A DNA stretch of 62,494 nucleotides, counting the filler, from Choristocarpus tenellus KU-1152 (lineage: Eukaryota; Protista; Phaeophyceae): assembly GCA_964200185.2 (NCBI GenBank). It is 10 parts of 10 records of this genome, joined end to end, with 100 filler letters (N's around TTAATTAATTAA, not from the genome) between each part and the next. Parts side by side here need not be neighbours in the genome. Positions count along the whole stretch, not along the records: positions 8,552 to 16,347 come from CAXNAD020005568.1; positions 16,448 to 20,564 come from CAXNAD020016129.1; positions 20,665 to 38,925 come from CAXNAD020000573.1; 7 more parts are not named here. The stretch is one strand, 5' to 3'. Positions 11,340 to 24,529 of the stretch are shown piece by piece. Numbering within the stretch: the first letter of the stretch is position 1; each line of letters starts with the position of its first letter. The notes beneath the pieces were generated by a model that saw only the letters and a program-made list of their open reading frames with translations, did not search any database and was not told where the DNA came from. Position numbers and translations under genes: made by a program.

Positions 11340-14300
11340 CTAAGCCATATCAGCCACCTTGACCGCCTATCAAGGTGTATAAAATTGGGAATGCAACATG
11401 AAATACACGGGAGGGACAAACGATGGTGAGAGGAAGGGATATTATCTTTAACACAAAAAAGAGGGTCATATATCAACACACACACCACAATGAATGAGAA
11501 CCAGGAATAAAGAGAATAATAACAGTACCGAAAGAGCAAGATCATTCAACCTCAAATTCTAGGAACAACTAGAGATAAGGACCAGTTGCTCACCTGTCCT
11601 GTCTCCATTGACAGCTTCGCTGCCTTACCAATGAGGTAGGCCGCACGACCATCTGGCACGCCCACCGGAGTGACACGGTCCCCGTGGCAGCAGTCCACAA
11701 AGGACACCATCTCGTTGCGGTACGCATCAGCATACCTAGAATTATATTATCATGAGTCAGGGTCCAATCAGTCGTGGGGAGCGGAGCGTTCATAATCAGT
11801 AACAAATTTTGTGACAGTGTAGGAACAAGAAAATAGTCATGTATAGCTTAGGTGAATACCGTAACCTGAATATGGACAAAGGAAAGGATCAATACTTCAT
11901 CCACTTGGGAGTTGAGAAAATACCTTTTCAAACAGAGCTTATCGTTCCTTCTAGAGTTTCAATTTCAACCTAACCATTTCCGTAACCACTTTGATCAACG
12001 CAAGCACAGCACTATAGTAGGACCTCTACATCACACGCAGTCTGCCCTTGTTCATCGGTCGCCATTGCTGTGCTATATAATGCATTATCTTTTTTCGATT
12101 CTGGACGGAAGCAAAAAATAGCACCTTCTGACCAAAAACGAACTCAAAAGGTTTGATATAGATAAAGTGTATGAACACATCTAGTTCACACACCTGTCCA
12201 TAAAGAAGGCCATCGGCTTGCCAGTGCTCACAGCAGTGTCATCAGATACCACACAGGTGTGGGAGTGTTTGTTGTTGCTCTGGATCATCCCCTGCCACAT
12301 CATGAGATACCATTGTAGAGGAGAGCAAAACAGGCGGAGGCACATGATCCAGAAACAGATTTAAGTCAGGTAAATTTTGAGCATCTGTTCCTCAAAAAAA
12401 AAAAATCTAGAAACAGTACCTGAGAAAATTAGTGTGATATACTTGAGCAAGAACTATTATGTGAATAATTAGAACATGGAGTCCTTCATTGCAACAAGCA
12501 GGCATCTGTGTCTAAAAATATTTTTATCAGAGGAAAAAAGAAAACATTTTTTAAACTAAAGAATAAAGCTAACCTCCGTCAAACAATGAAGTCCAATTGA
12601 AAATAGAACGAGATACCAACAAATTTATTCAGATTAACTAAAAAATGGTCGTAGTAGTAGTGAGCATAAAAATTATAAAGATGCAAAAATTACACAGGTC
12701 ACACTCATTACCTCAGGTGAGCCCATGCCTCAAATATATATATATTTTTTCATTTCTCCTGAAGAGAAATGCCTAAAAGACCATTTGCCAAGCAACATAA
12801 ATAGGGCTAGACTCAGAAACAGGCCTTACCACAGCCCTACCACAAAAAGACAAAGCATCTCCACACCTTGGATCCAAACACCTCCACCCTCTGGTCATAA
12901 CCATAGGGGGCCTTGCGGCAGTTGTCGACAGACGCCACCACGCCATTTTCAAAGGTAAGCATGCACATACTAGTGTCAATGTCACCAGCCTCCCCAATAG
13001 CAGGGTCAACCTTAGGTAGCAGTGGTGAAGAGATCAAACGCTACATTGAAGCAGGCACAGCAAATTTATTCTTGAAAAAAAAACAGGGAAAATCTTTGCA
13101 CAATCGGTACAGCTAACATTTCACTCAATTCATGATGCACCCTCCCGAGAAAACATGACAGCCGTCACCATTTCAATTGATTCGCTGGAAGAACCACAAA
13201 AGCACGCAATGAAAAATGAGACCAAACTACAAGAAACATTTAGCTGCAGCAGCTGAAAACAAAAAAAAGGAACCAAGCAAAAGAGTACTCTCAGACGACT
13301 TACAAACAAACAAACAAAAAATCATGTATATCATACACTCACCGTGCAGCTTCCCTTGCAGTACACCTCTGTCACCTCAGACCCTACAAGGAAACGGGCC
13401 ATGTCGAAGTCATGCACTGCCATGTCATTGTGAAGACCCCCAGATACCTTCAAACAAGAAGGGAACAGTGTGAGAGAAATTAGTCGAGAGTAGGATGCCT
13501 GAAAGAACACGACCATCCCAACTAGAGAGACTCTCAAACTCAATCGGAATATTTCAAAGCAAAAAATGCTTACCCTATGTAGGTCGACAGTGGAATTTTG
13601 TTCGTGCTTTATCACTCTGTAAGCAGAGCTATCCACCACCTCTGCTGTGCTGGTCCATTTTCTCGTTACACCAATATAATTTCAAGCTTTCATTAGATGC
13701 CGTGTGATGTACATCGCTCCCATATTTTGGTTACAGTCCCTCAAACTGCTGCTGCTGCCTTTTCGTAACTACAAAACATGGAACGCTCATCACAAGGACT
13801 TGCATACTTCCACTGAAGTCTCAATGATTGTGTCACTCACAATAACACCTCCAGCACACCTTAACTGTAAAAAATGGAAGATTGAAGGTGTAGACACTAT
13901 AAATAAGCAAAAAAAAACAGGTTTTACCTTGATATAGGCAACAGGAGGGGGGGAGGGGTCCCTGGACACAATGTGCACCATCTTTACATCGCCGATCTCG
14001 CCCTCAGTGATGGCCTCCTTGAGGCGCATGAAGTTGGCATCAAAACGCCTTTGGAATGCAACGAAGCACATAACACCAGCCTCTTCTACAGTAGCTGCAA
14101 CCTGGCATGCCACCACAGACAACGGAAGTGACATCATGATTAGTTGTGGTGCCTGGGCTGTCATCATTAGGATGCTAAGAGGAATACAGCAAAAAAAGGA
14201 CTCATGTTCATACCTAATGGAACCATGGAATACTTCGTGGCAGGGGGAGTATTGAATGTAGAAACAAAGATAAAATTGTGTAATCTCATGGAAAAAATGT

Positions 14301-15866
14301 GTAATCTCATGGAAAAAATGCTGATCACTATCAGGAGAGGTATTTTTCCATCACAAAATTCGATTATTGACAGCAAATGAATGTGTGGATAGAAGAAATG
14401 TTACAATAAAAGATACCCTTCAGTGTTGCACACAATTTACAAAAATGCTCCATATTCGTAGCATGCGGGGAGGGATTCTTGATTCAGCACAAAAACATTC
14501 AGGGTGTTAGATACACTACTTCAGAAAACTAATTTAGTGTAGTTGATCCATACTAAAGGACTGTTTGCTCTGGAAATAAAGGTATCACAAAAAATATATT
14601 GTAGATTTTTAATTAAGTGGCAGGAAACAAAACATTCATCTGCATAGTACATGACGAACAGAACGTATGGTAGTTATGCCAGCTCCTGCGGCCATTACAA
14701 GTCCCTGATTCGCCTGTTACTGTTTAAAACTGACCTTGTCAATGATGGCAAGGTCAAGGGAGATCGGCTTCTCGCAGAAGATTGCCTTGCCCGCCTTTGC
14801 TGCTGCCTCGATCTGACCGGCGTGCTGGTCGGTGGGAGAGCAGATAACCACAGCCTCCACATCAGGGTCGTTAATGAGCTGCAATAATATCGATGGGGGG
14901 AGAGGCCGACAGACGGGATACAGAAAGGAGGAAAGAGTTGTTATCATAGCCTCAATGCTTCTTGGGATTTAAAGGACTATGGTAAATTTTGGAAGCTCAA
15001 TGCAGTTGCACAAATCCAAACTCGACTTAGTTTGCTTCGACAGCTGGGTAGAACTCTTGAATCTCTCCTCGACTTCATTTATTATTTTCAAAGAGTGCAA
15101 TGCGTAGTGCAAGTGAGTGAACGAAGGAAGCAAGGATGTTCATTACGCCAGGTTTCCAAACAAGTTCCAGCGAAGGTTTGTACCTCGACCACACAGTTTC
15201 TACGTAGTTTGATAAAGATGCTATAGCTAGTAGATTAAATTGTGGAGTGTTTGGAACACAAACTCCACAACTTGAGCCACTTGCAGTTATAGGTCCACAC
15301 ACACAGTAAATCGAAACCCTGTCATCTCACCTCCATAGGGTCATTTGTGGTCTTGGGCACGTGGAAGAGGGCGGAGACCTCGTCAAGAGCAGGCTGATAG
15401 ATGTCGCAGATCATCTCCACCTTAGCCTTGGTAGGTACGGAGGCAACGGAAGCGCAGTGGCAGCGACCAATACGCCCCACACCGATGATACCGACCTGAA
15501 CAAGTTCCGTCATCACATAAAGTGGGGGGGGGAGTAAGCAACTACGTGACATTGTATTTAGTACAATTCATGAGAGTCACTGACCGAGAGAATGTTTGTT
15601 GTACGGGCAAAGAACATCGTAGGTGGCGGCATTGACAGGAAGAAACAGGTACAACAATACCCCAACAGGCCCTACCGTATGGTCGAAAGCATTCCGAACC
15701 TTAACATTCGGTTTACTCTTTACTCTGTGTCGGTAGAGGTATAGGACTACAACAGTCTCCAAGAGTTCTATCATGGGACTATTGAATGTTTGCAGAAGAC
15801 CGAACAAAATAAAAACCTCTCCCAACACACGATAGGTTCAAAGTAACGCACCTTCAGGGGAGCCAT
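11340..15866 (-). CDS. iolG: Myo-inositol 2-dehydrogenase (Gfo/Idh/MocA family, IolG-like), complete 9-exon gene, 337 aa
   Basis: Exons 15866-15852, 15495-15331, 14878-14735, 14101-13928, 13447-13343, 13010-12867, 12291-12194, 11735-11594, 11366-11340; all GT-AG, 1014 nt in frame from MAPLK to AVKVADMA*. Motifs GVGRIG (Rossmann), [47 protein letters not shown]. Confidence 0.95.
14277..14320. repeat. 21-bp tandem duplication in an iolG intron
   Basis: TGTGTAATCTCATGGAAAAAA twice. Confidence 0.85.
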
Positions 15867-16347
15867 GATATTTCGTAGAGTTTGTGATGAAATGTGGGAG
15901 AGTGAGGATTTTGAAAGTGATAGAAGATGGAGGTATGGGTGAGAGGGTGGGAAGCTATAGGCACTAGGCACACACACAAAAACAAAATGATGATGCAATA
16001 ATTGATATTATTTTATATTATTGTATTTTTCCTTACTTTGTTCCATCCAAACTAAAATAAATCTAAATTACTAGGAATTAGTCTATGATTTGTAAATTAG
16101 TATAATTCATTAAGTCCATTCGTTAATCGAAGAATAATCAACATCCTGATCGACACATTTGGATTACACGACAGTTGGGTCGGGATTGAGTGATTGGTCC
16201 AAATACTCTGTCATCATAGTAGCAATTGTCAACATTTATCTGACATTAAAGTCCTAAGAACGATTCGATTTAGCTGATGTATATATGGGAAGATAAGGAC
16301 GACAGTAGTACAATATGTGATAGTGGTGAAGTAACTGATTAGTGGTT

Positions 16348-16447
16348 NNNNNNNNNNNNNNNNNNNNNNNNNNNNNNNNNNNNNNNNNNNNTTAATTAAT
16401 TAANNNNNNNNNNNNNNNNNNNNNNNNNNNNNNNNNNNNNNNNNNNN
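16348..16447. other. Artificial contig spacer
   Basis: Same linker. Confidence 0.98.
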
Positions 16448-16494
16448 GGGGTTGTAAAACAAAAGAAAAAAAAAAAGTGGGGTCGCCGGACCGC

Positions 16495-16495
<1 letters not shown>

Positions 16496-16534
<39 letters not shown>

Positions 16535-16548
16535 AGATACTTTAACCC
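16496..16548 (+). mobile_element. MITE family A, terminal fragment
   Basis: poly-C + CAGATACTTTAACCC near the contig start. Confidence 0.75.
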
Positions 16549-16808
16549 ACTGCCCATTCTCTACACGCCGGCGACACGCTCAGGAGAGGCTTAGCCTTGC
16601 TAAAAAGCAGGCAAGTCAAGGACCTCGCAAGCCCATGCCCTGTGGCATTGCTCGAGAGCGAACACCTCTACTCTTCATAAATAAGCAGAAACATTACAAC
16701 TGCTTGCACTTTATACCATAAAGGTAGGCAATGAAAGTCCTTCGATTGACCTTCATAGGATACACTTTATACTATACTGACCCTATCTGGTTCAAAACGG
16801 CCCCAAGG

Positions 16809-16845
<37 letters not shown>

Positions 16846-17114
16846 TACACACATCACCAAAAGAGGAAATATACTTTGCAGGGAGGGACTTGTCGAATTC
16901 TTAATGATGCCTTCCATAAAATCAACCAATCAGAAACAGTTTTTGTTTGGTCAAAATAAAGTTGCCATTCGATGTGAAACAGAGTGATATAAAAAAAAAA
17001 CTAGCAGGGTTGAAAAAAAAAAAAGTCCTCCTTGTCACTAGTGGGCTCACAAGTTTCTGAAATGTTGAGATTCAGTACAGCATCTGCATCCACAAGTGAG
17101 ACAGCAAAACATAC

Positions 17115-19854
17115 CTGCATAAGACCCCCCAGAGGATGGCATACTGACACCGGGCGAGCAATACCCAACCCCAAGAACCCCGATTCCTCCTCCAATGCTG
17201 GTTCCAGTGAAATCAACCAAGAGCTTAGGTGCTCAGGATTGCTGCCATGACCTTTATTTCTGGGGAAAAGATCGGTTTTGACATCCTTGGGAGGCCGGTA
17301 CCTTAGCAATCGAGGAAGACTGTGCACACCAAAACCTCGAACACCTGTACAGTATGAACCACACGGGTTTCTATTAGAGATTCAAATAAACACTGGAAGA
17401 TTCTATTAGAGATTCAAATAAAAACTGGAAGATTCACCGCATGTTTGATGCAAGAGATAGACAAAGTCTAGCAAAGGTTTGCCATACAAAGTGAGAGAGG
17501 GTGGTGGGGTGAAAGGTGCTCAAGAGGTGTTTCACAACACCGCTGATGGATTGAGCACATTCTCAAAAACACGTTTATAGAGGCTACAGACCTCTCACTC
17601 CCCGCCCCCTGCCCAAAAAACAAAGATCTCAGTAGCCTTGCATAAAAAATGAGAAAAGTGAGGTTGGGATTTCATTAATGCCTCTGTGGCAGGAAGAGAT
17701 GCACATTCAGAGCTCCTACTTGTTCACAGCACCCCTAGTGAGACCCTTGGGTTGGGTTTACTTAACCACATCCCTTGCGGGTGCCCCCAAATCTACTGTA
17801 TGAGAGATACAACTTTTCTCCATATATCAAAAAAACAGTGTCACATCAAGAACTGCAAGTGTGAAGTACATAACGACAAAACATAACATAGAGCACAATA
17901 CAAGCAGAAAGGTCCATGGGCTACCACTTCCAAACCCAACACATCCCTCTAACCTCAATCTCAGTAGGTAAGCACCTGTACTTGTGATTTGAACGCAGTT
18001 TAAGCTTGGGCAAGGGATCTACACACTTTGGCCTCAGACTCACTCCATATACCTGATACCTTCCACTGAAATGCAGACAAGAATCACACAACCACTAAAA
18101 TTTTCAGGCAATGGGTCTCAACACTCACTGCCTCTTAATACCTCTTACAAAGTCAAAGAGTCAGTCTACACAGCAAGAGGACACCCAAAATTCTCACCAG
18201 CAATGTGCTGGGTTACAAACACACCACTCTTCATCTCCCTGATAGTCATGGGCTTGATAGATAGAGCAGGTTGTGCAGGGTCAAACTTGGGGTCTGTAGG
18301 TTTGGAGCCACGTGCTAAATTGGGTGACTGATAATCCTGGGTTGAGCCCTCTGTATGCTCACCAGAGACATCCATCAGCTCATTTGTCTGAGGTTTCTTG
18401 AAGCTCACGCGGAACGATTTCTGGAGCCTATGGCAGTTTTAACGGTGAGGTAGGTGAAACAAGGAAGACTTGGAGGTGATAATGTAGGTGATCAAAGAGC
18501 AACAGAAGAACAAATGAGAGATCTGCAGTTCATCACAAAAAATTTCGGTGTGAAACCTGCACATGAAAAGCGTATCATATTGCTTCCCTTACTTGGTCAC
18601 AGACCACTTAGCATCCAACCACTTCTGGACATAGTGGTACTCCTTCACATTTTCGAATGTTACATCCGCCCTCCTGGACTTGGAACTTCTAGACATGAGA
18701 CTCAGGCTTCTCTCCAACCACTGGTCACTTGCTGCCTGATCGCCTTGGGGGGAAATGTATACATACATATGTATCACAGAAACAAGGGTCCGTATTGCAA
18801 AAATGAGAAGTCAGAGTATAATAGCTTCAAATCAGACCCCCAAAGTTGTGTCCCAGCTATATCGAATCGTGACCCTGTCCAACATAAGATTTCCAGGTAA
18901 TGGCTAGTGAGTGCGAAATCACTAACTTGGGGAAAAGGAGAGGATGTTGCAGGGGCTATCTCAAAGGACAACTAGTACACACACTCATGCTAGCGAGCAA
19001 TCGGGGTAAATGACCAAAACGGTAACATTTTCCCTGACAAACACATCAAGTCTTGCAGCTACTTCACTCTCCCTTACTCAAACCGCATCTCTTCAACTAA
19101 CCCAAGTATCGAGAACGAATTGTACCAAGCAACACCCAAGTAACGTTAAACGCTACACGCACCCCGAGAAACTACATGAAGGAAAAATTACTCACCACGA
19201 GTGAGGCGGGCAATGGACCTCCTGAGACGTTCTGTATGGCCTCCATGCGGCCGTTCAAGGTCTCCTGGTTCGAACACGCATCGAATGTTCCCACCCTTAT
19301 CTCCCCTACAGATGAGAAGACGAGGGTCATAGTGGCAAACATATCTCAGATAGGGTGCATAGTTGAAGTGGCTTGTTGAACAAAGGTCGCACTACCTGTC
19401 ATGTCACAACACTTCGATAGCAGAGAGGCTAAATAAAATATAGTTTGTAACATAGTTATGCTGCAGCATGCATGACTCACTCTGATTTTTCCTCCAGCAC
19501 CAGAATTAGCCCTCTCGTTGGCTTAGTTCTCTCACTGTCCTTGGAAACCTTCTCTACTGATAGCATGCCCGCTGACACAATCCCGACAGAGGTATGTATA
19601 AGCAGAGCCATGCCATTCTCCTAGAGGGAATGGGGAAAGGGTATCTTGTGGATAAGCTCGACTTCAGATGGAGAGACGACACAAAGTCGATGTTGTGCAA
19701 GGAATTTCATCAAGGGAGACAAGTAAGATCTGTATGTCTTCTATCACTGTACCTGTAAACGGTCAGAAAATGCCGCAAATGATGACACCGTCGACATGCA
19801 TCCACTCATACCCTCGAAAGATTCCCTCCCTGTGATCTCAGATGAGTTCATCAT
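17115..19854 (-). CDS. Hypothetical protein, at least 6 exons, 3' end unresolved
   Basis: GT-AG exons 19854-19753, 19620-19481, 19305-19196, 18743-18593, 18427-18198, 17344-17115 chain with phases 0,2,1,2,1 and no stops (MMNSSEITGR...QWLERSLSLMSRSS...YVQKWLDAKWSV...HPLGGLMQ). No family recognised. Confidence 0.6.
17369..17435. repeat. 32-bp tandem duplication in an intron
   Basis: TTCTATTAGAGATTCAAATAAA(C/A)ACTGGAAGA twice. Confidence 0.9.
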
Positions 19855-20564
19855 TCAATGACCTCTTTTCCCCCCTTCAATGATTACAAAAGAGAGGAAC
19901 CTCCCCAATACAAACTTGTTTGTGTAGTGTTCAAATTCACAAATTCACACTTCAAAACAAATAGAAATGTTACATCTACAGGTTATTTGGTAGTGACATG
20001 TATACTAGAGGCATTTCACATTCCAATACAACAATAGACGTTCTGAATAGGAATTGGTTTGCAAGTTTTATCTTCCTCTATTCTTACGTTGAGGAACAAC
20101 ACCCATCCTATTAGAAAAGAGATATATTTCTGGGGGCTGTGGAGTAGTAAGCATTGCTCTGGGAACAACGAACTGAAAGTTCAAAAACAATATATTATTT
20201 AATATTCACAATATCAATAACGTGATATCTCCAAATAATCACAAGAATTGTTGAAAATTGAGTGGAGCTAAATTGAAAACAAATAATAATAAAGAGTAAC
20301 CGATTTTGGTTCCTTTGCTTCTTTCAATTCTATCATGATATTGAACCAGAAGTGTATCAGCTGGATTTGTCGAACACAGAAACATAATCACATAACATAA
20401 CTAACCAAAACTCACTATACTTAATTATTCAATATTTTGGATCTCTTGCTAATAATACATTGGAAGTTCTTGTATCACAACTATAAGTGAGAGTTTATGA
20501 AGTAAACTGAGTTTTGTGGTCGAAAGAATTCTGGTTGGCTGGGGGCAGAGGATAAGAATGTGGG

Positions 20565-20664
20565 NNNNNNNNNNNNNNNNNNNNNNNNNNNNNNNNNNNN
20601 NNNNNNNNTTAATTAATTAANNNNNNNNNNNNNNNNNNNNNNNNNNNNNNNNNNNNNNNNNNNN
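20565..20664. other. Artificial contig spacer
   Basis: Same linker. Confidence 0.98.
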
Positions 20665-20816
20665 CCCCCCAGATACTTTGACCCCAATTTTTTCATATCG
20701 CGATTTTTGGGTGATTTGATACCATACGTCGGATGGATAATGTAAATGCACTTTTCCTGATTTTGGTCAAATGGATACCCTGGTGTAGAACCCACCCACC
20801 CCAGATACTTTGGGTC
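20665..20816 (-). mobile_element. MITE family A, reverse-oriented copy interrupted by a second terminus
   Basis: 20685-20816 is the reverse complement of about 32535-32665; 20665-20684 is another CCCCAGATACTTTGACCC terminus replacing the normal right end. Confidence 0.85.
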
Positions 20817-23800
20817 GGTTGTAGTGCCATAATCCTGGCTTCCACTGCCTCATCTCCTTTTGCGTTGATAACCAATGTGGTAGCCTTGGAGGCATGCCAA
20901 CTCCCAGTGCAGTATGTCGACATATTTCACCGGTGTAACCTACTACCCATTCGAGGCGATAAGTTTCTTGCCTTAAGATGGTCAGAAAATGTGGTAACTC
21001 GAGCGGCAAGGCACCACTCAACAGCGTATTTCCCTTCTCCGCTTCCCGTAATCCCAGTATCCCACCACACCCACAACATAGGATAGATATCTTTCCTTTG
21101 CTATCACAAAATGTAGAGCCTTCCACCAGCCACCAGCTACTCTGGGGGTAGAGACAATGCAGAGATAATCACAGAGACTGTATGAGCTGAGCTAATTCCA
21201 GCGGGAACCGAAATGAGAGTATTTGGAGCACGAAGACACAACGATGCCGCAAAAAATAACCATTGACAGAATACCCATGTGTTCGCAACCGTTTCTGCCA
21301 AGCTAGCCCAAACGTTTGGTCCAAGCTATCATGAAACCCTCAGCAACTCAACGAACGAACTGCTCTAAGGAAAGGGTCTAATCTCAATTTGGGCACTACG
21401 GGTATAAACTCAGGGTCGGTTTGTTGCGCAGTTCGGGAACGTTGGTCCTCTCCACTCACAAAATGCGAGAAGAAAAAAAGCGCACACTCTTAGGGACACC
21501 AGCTCTGTGATTTTGGACACAGGATAGAGAGAATTCAACCTTCTTTGTCAACATGCAACATACTCTTCATAACTAATGTGGAAAGCATGTTTGTCTGTTA
21601 TTATACCGTTATTGCCGCCTTGCCTGGTGATTCTCTTCGCCACCCTTGCCTGAGTGAACCACGCCGCCACAGAATCACACGATTCACACTAAGACTGTTC
21701 ATTCTCCTTAAATATCCAGGTTGGATTTTTAGTTTGAAGTATAATGGACTCTCATATTTAACCTTCGTTTTTCATTTTATTTGTTAACATAAAATATCAA
21801 GTCATAACTTGGTTCAAATTATAAGAATAAAGTCATGGTATTGGGAACTTCTCTATTCTTCCTGAAACCTCCAATTTTGTAGTTGGTGAAAATCTCCGAT
21901 TTCACCTTTAAATTGTTGGTCCAACGATTTTTTGATCCATATTTTCTTCCCAACACCAAATCAAGTTCAAAACAACAAAGAATGCATTCCACAATGAGGT
22001 TCCATGGTGTTTTGAAGTAGATGTTTGTACGCGTTGGGGGACGGAGAGAGTGGTGGAGGGTCAAGGAGACCGAAGCACTGGATCTGGGAGATTGTTGGCT
22101 GCGGTTCTGAAGTCCGAGGCTCTTGACTGGGCTGCAGGCAGGGGGCCAAGCGGAATAGGAGTAGTAACGAGGGAAATAGGTTGATACCTGGATAGAGACG
22201 AGAGCAAACCGTTTGCCCAATGGCCGAAACATTCTTCGGTCTTACAGTGGCCCAATGGGGCGTCATTGCTGCATGTGAGAACCCCTTAGAATATTCTGAT
22301 CTGTGCCTGGTAACCTTGTTGGCACCTCCAATCTGAGGAGTTTTCGAAGGTGGCTTACACTGGTGCCTACACCTCTTTCTACAAACAGGCCTCGTGGTGA
22401 TCTTGATACTGATGGACAGGTGGACACATTGTTTCCGGTCCGCCTTCCAAAATTTACAATGCAAGGTGAGACTCAGTTCGGTATTGGCGGACATTTTGGA
22501 GATATTGGCGTCTGGCCGTGGACCAGAGGACTCGAGAGGTATCAATTTGGGGGCTGTTTCGATGTTGATTCTTATTTATAAAGTTAGACCTTCTTCAGTG
22601 TAAATTTCATCTCTCTATTGATCATGCCCATTCAATATGAGCATTCAACTTGCTTCCTGCGACCACCCCTATCTCTTGGTGATCCTTAGAAAGTAGCCAA
22701 TCCTTCCTTTCCTGACGATGAACCTGCGGAACCTGTGGAAACCGAGCCTGGCTACCGACAGGAGTATGATCGCGCTTTTGAGAGGGGCTGGCATGTAATT
22801 GGATTAAGCGCTGATGGCACCAAGACCGAAGAGAGGGAAAGTCGAACTCGTCGGGAGGTTTGTGGACTTCAAGTTTTGTGCTTGCACTCTTTATGATCTT
22901 TGTGATATTTCCGTTGGTGCTTGTCTCCTGGATCTGCTTTTCCTGTTGCCCGCTCGATGGTGTCCAACAATAACGCCTCGGTGTTACCTGGCTGGGTCTT
23001 CCTTAACGCTTTTTTCAGTGGATATTTTGGATGGGCAATGTGAAAGTGTTGTTGCGTGAACGATGATTCCCAGTGAGCTTAGCACGACTACTAGTGTAGG
23101 CACAGTAGAGTGCCACTGGTTTGTTTTGTGGTGCTTTGTTATGCAAGTGGATGTAATAAGCATGTTAGTTGTCCTTTTTTTGCTGTATACTTGGAAATAT
23201 AAGGAATATGAGGCATCAGGTGCATGGCTCAGCGTACAAGAAAAAAATAGTCAACGTTTTTGCCCCCTGTCATTTTTTAGATCACATGATGCTACTCTCT
23301 ACGACATAGTGTTCTTGTAGTCTTTGCCTACCCTATCTCGTGCTCGTTGTTATTCTAAACCCATGATTAGTTTGACAGTGTATGGTAAGTTTAATGGAAT
23401 TTCTTTGTCATTGGTCCTCATCACAATATTTCTTGTGTGGGTTGATGTCTATAGTATAGAATCTACTACTATGGTAATAGTTACTTCCTGGTTTTTGCAT
23501 CAACTTGTGTTTTGTATTTTGTGAACAGAATGTTTTCGCTTGTCATCTGTAATACTTCTACCTGAATCCTTTGTGAAACAAGACACTCTCACAAAATCCG
23601 TTGCGACTGTGTTCCCACCCCCACTTATGTTGTGTTTTTTGTTTGGAATCTTCTTAGGTACGAGTTAGTTCTGATGCAATGCCCGGTGCAGGCTCAACTC
23701 GAGCATCAAGGGATATTCACGTTATTGGTGGTATAACCACGGTCAAAGGAGTACAGACAGAGTAGGTATGCCCATAAAGTATGGAGTGTCATGGACAGGG

Positions 23801-24529
23801 AGAGTGGGGGGGTATTGTTATGGTGACTGTGGAGGGCGGGGTTGCAACTACCCTGTCCAGAGTGCCAAAATTGCCCTTGTTGGCAACAAGAGCACCAGAG
23901 GTGAAAAGCAGTCTTTGTTATAGAGCACTGGCAACTTGTTTTGAATTTGGAAGAGAGGGGAGTTTAGGGTTAGGGTGTCCATTCGACACTGCACAATGTT
24001 GGTTGTGCTTACACAAAGAAAAAACATACCCCAGTATCAGCCAGAAACAAGGATAGGAAGGGGGGATGCATTCAAAACAATGAGCCTCGTCTTGAAATGG
24101 CTCTTGTTTGGAGGTGTGCAGGAATTGCACAAACAAGAAGGTGTCGTATTTATTGCCAGAGTATGCGTTTGTTGGAGTTGCACTTGGAGTAGTTGGCAAT
24201 GTTTCCGGTGAGAACTGGTCTTGTTTTTTTTTCTTTTTGTATGACTTATGTGTGCATTATTCGTTCATGGAATATCACTACCTGCTTGCTGTGTAAACCA
24301 GTCCACAGGACAGCTTTATGTTTCTATGCTCTTGTCAAGTCATTGTTATCTATTGTGTAATGCTTTTTTTTTACAGGATAAGGATGTGAGTGGAGTACTT
24401 TCCTAGTGGTACTTTGAATGAACCTGAAGATGATGTTGTAAAGGAAACGTTGATTGGTTGTCAATGGTATGGTGTGAGCATTTTATGTTCCGAGTACGAC
24501 TTGATACATTGATAGACTGTTTTCGGAGG

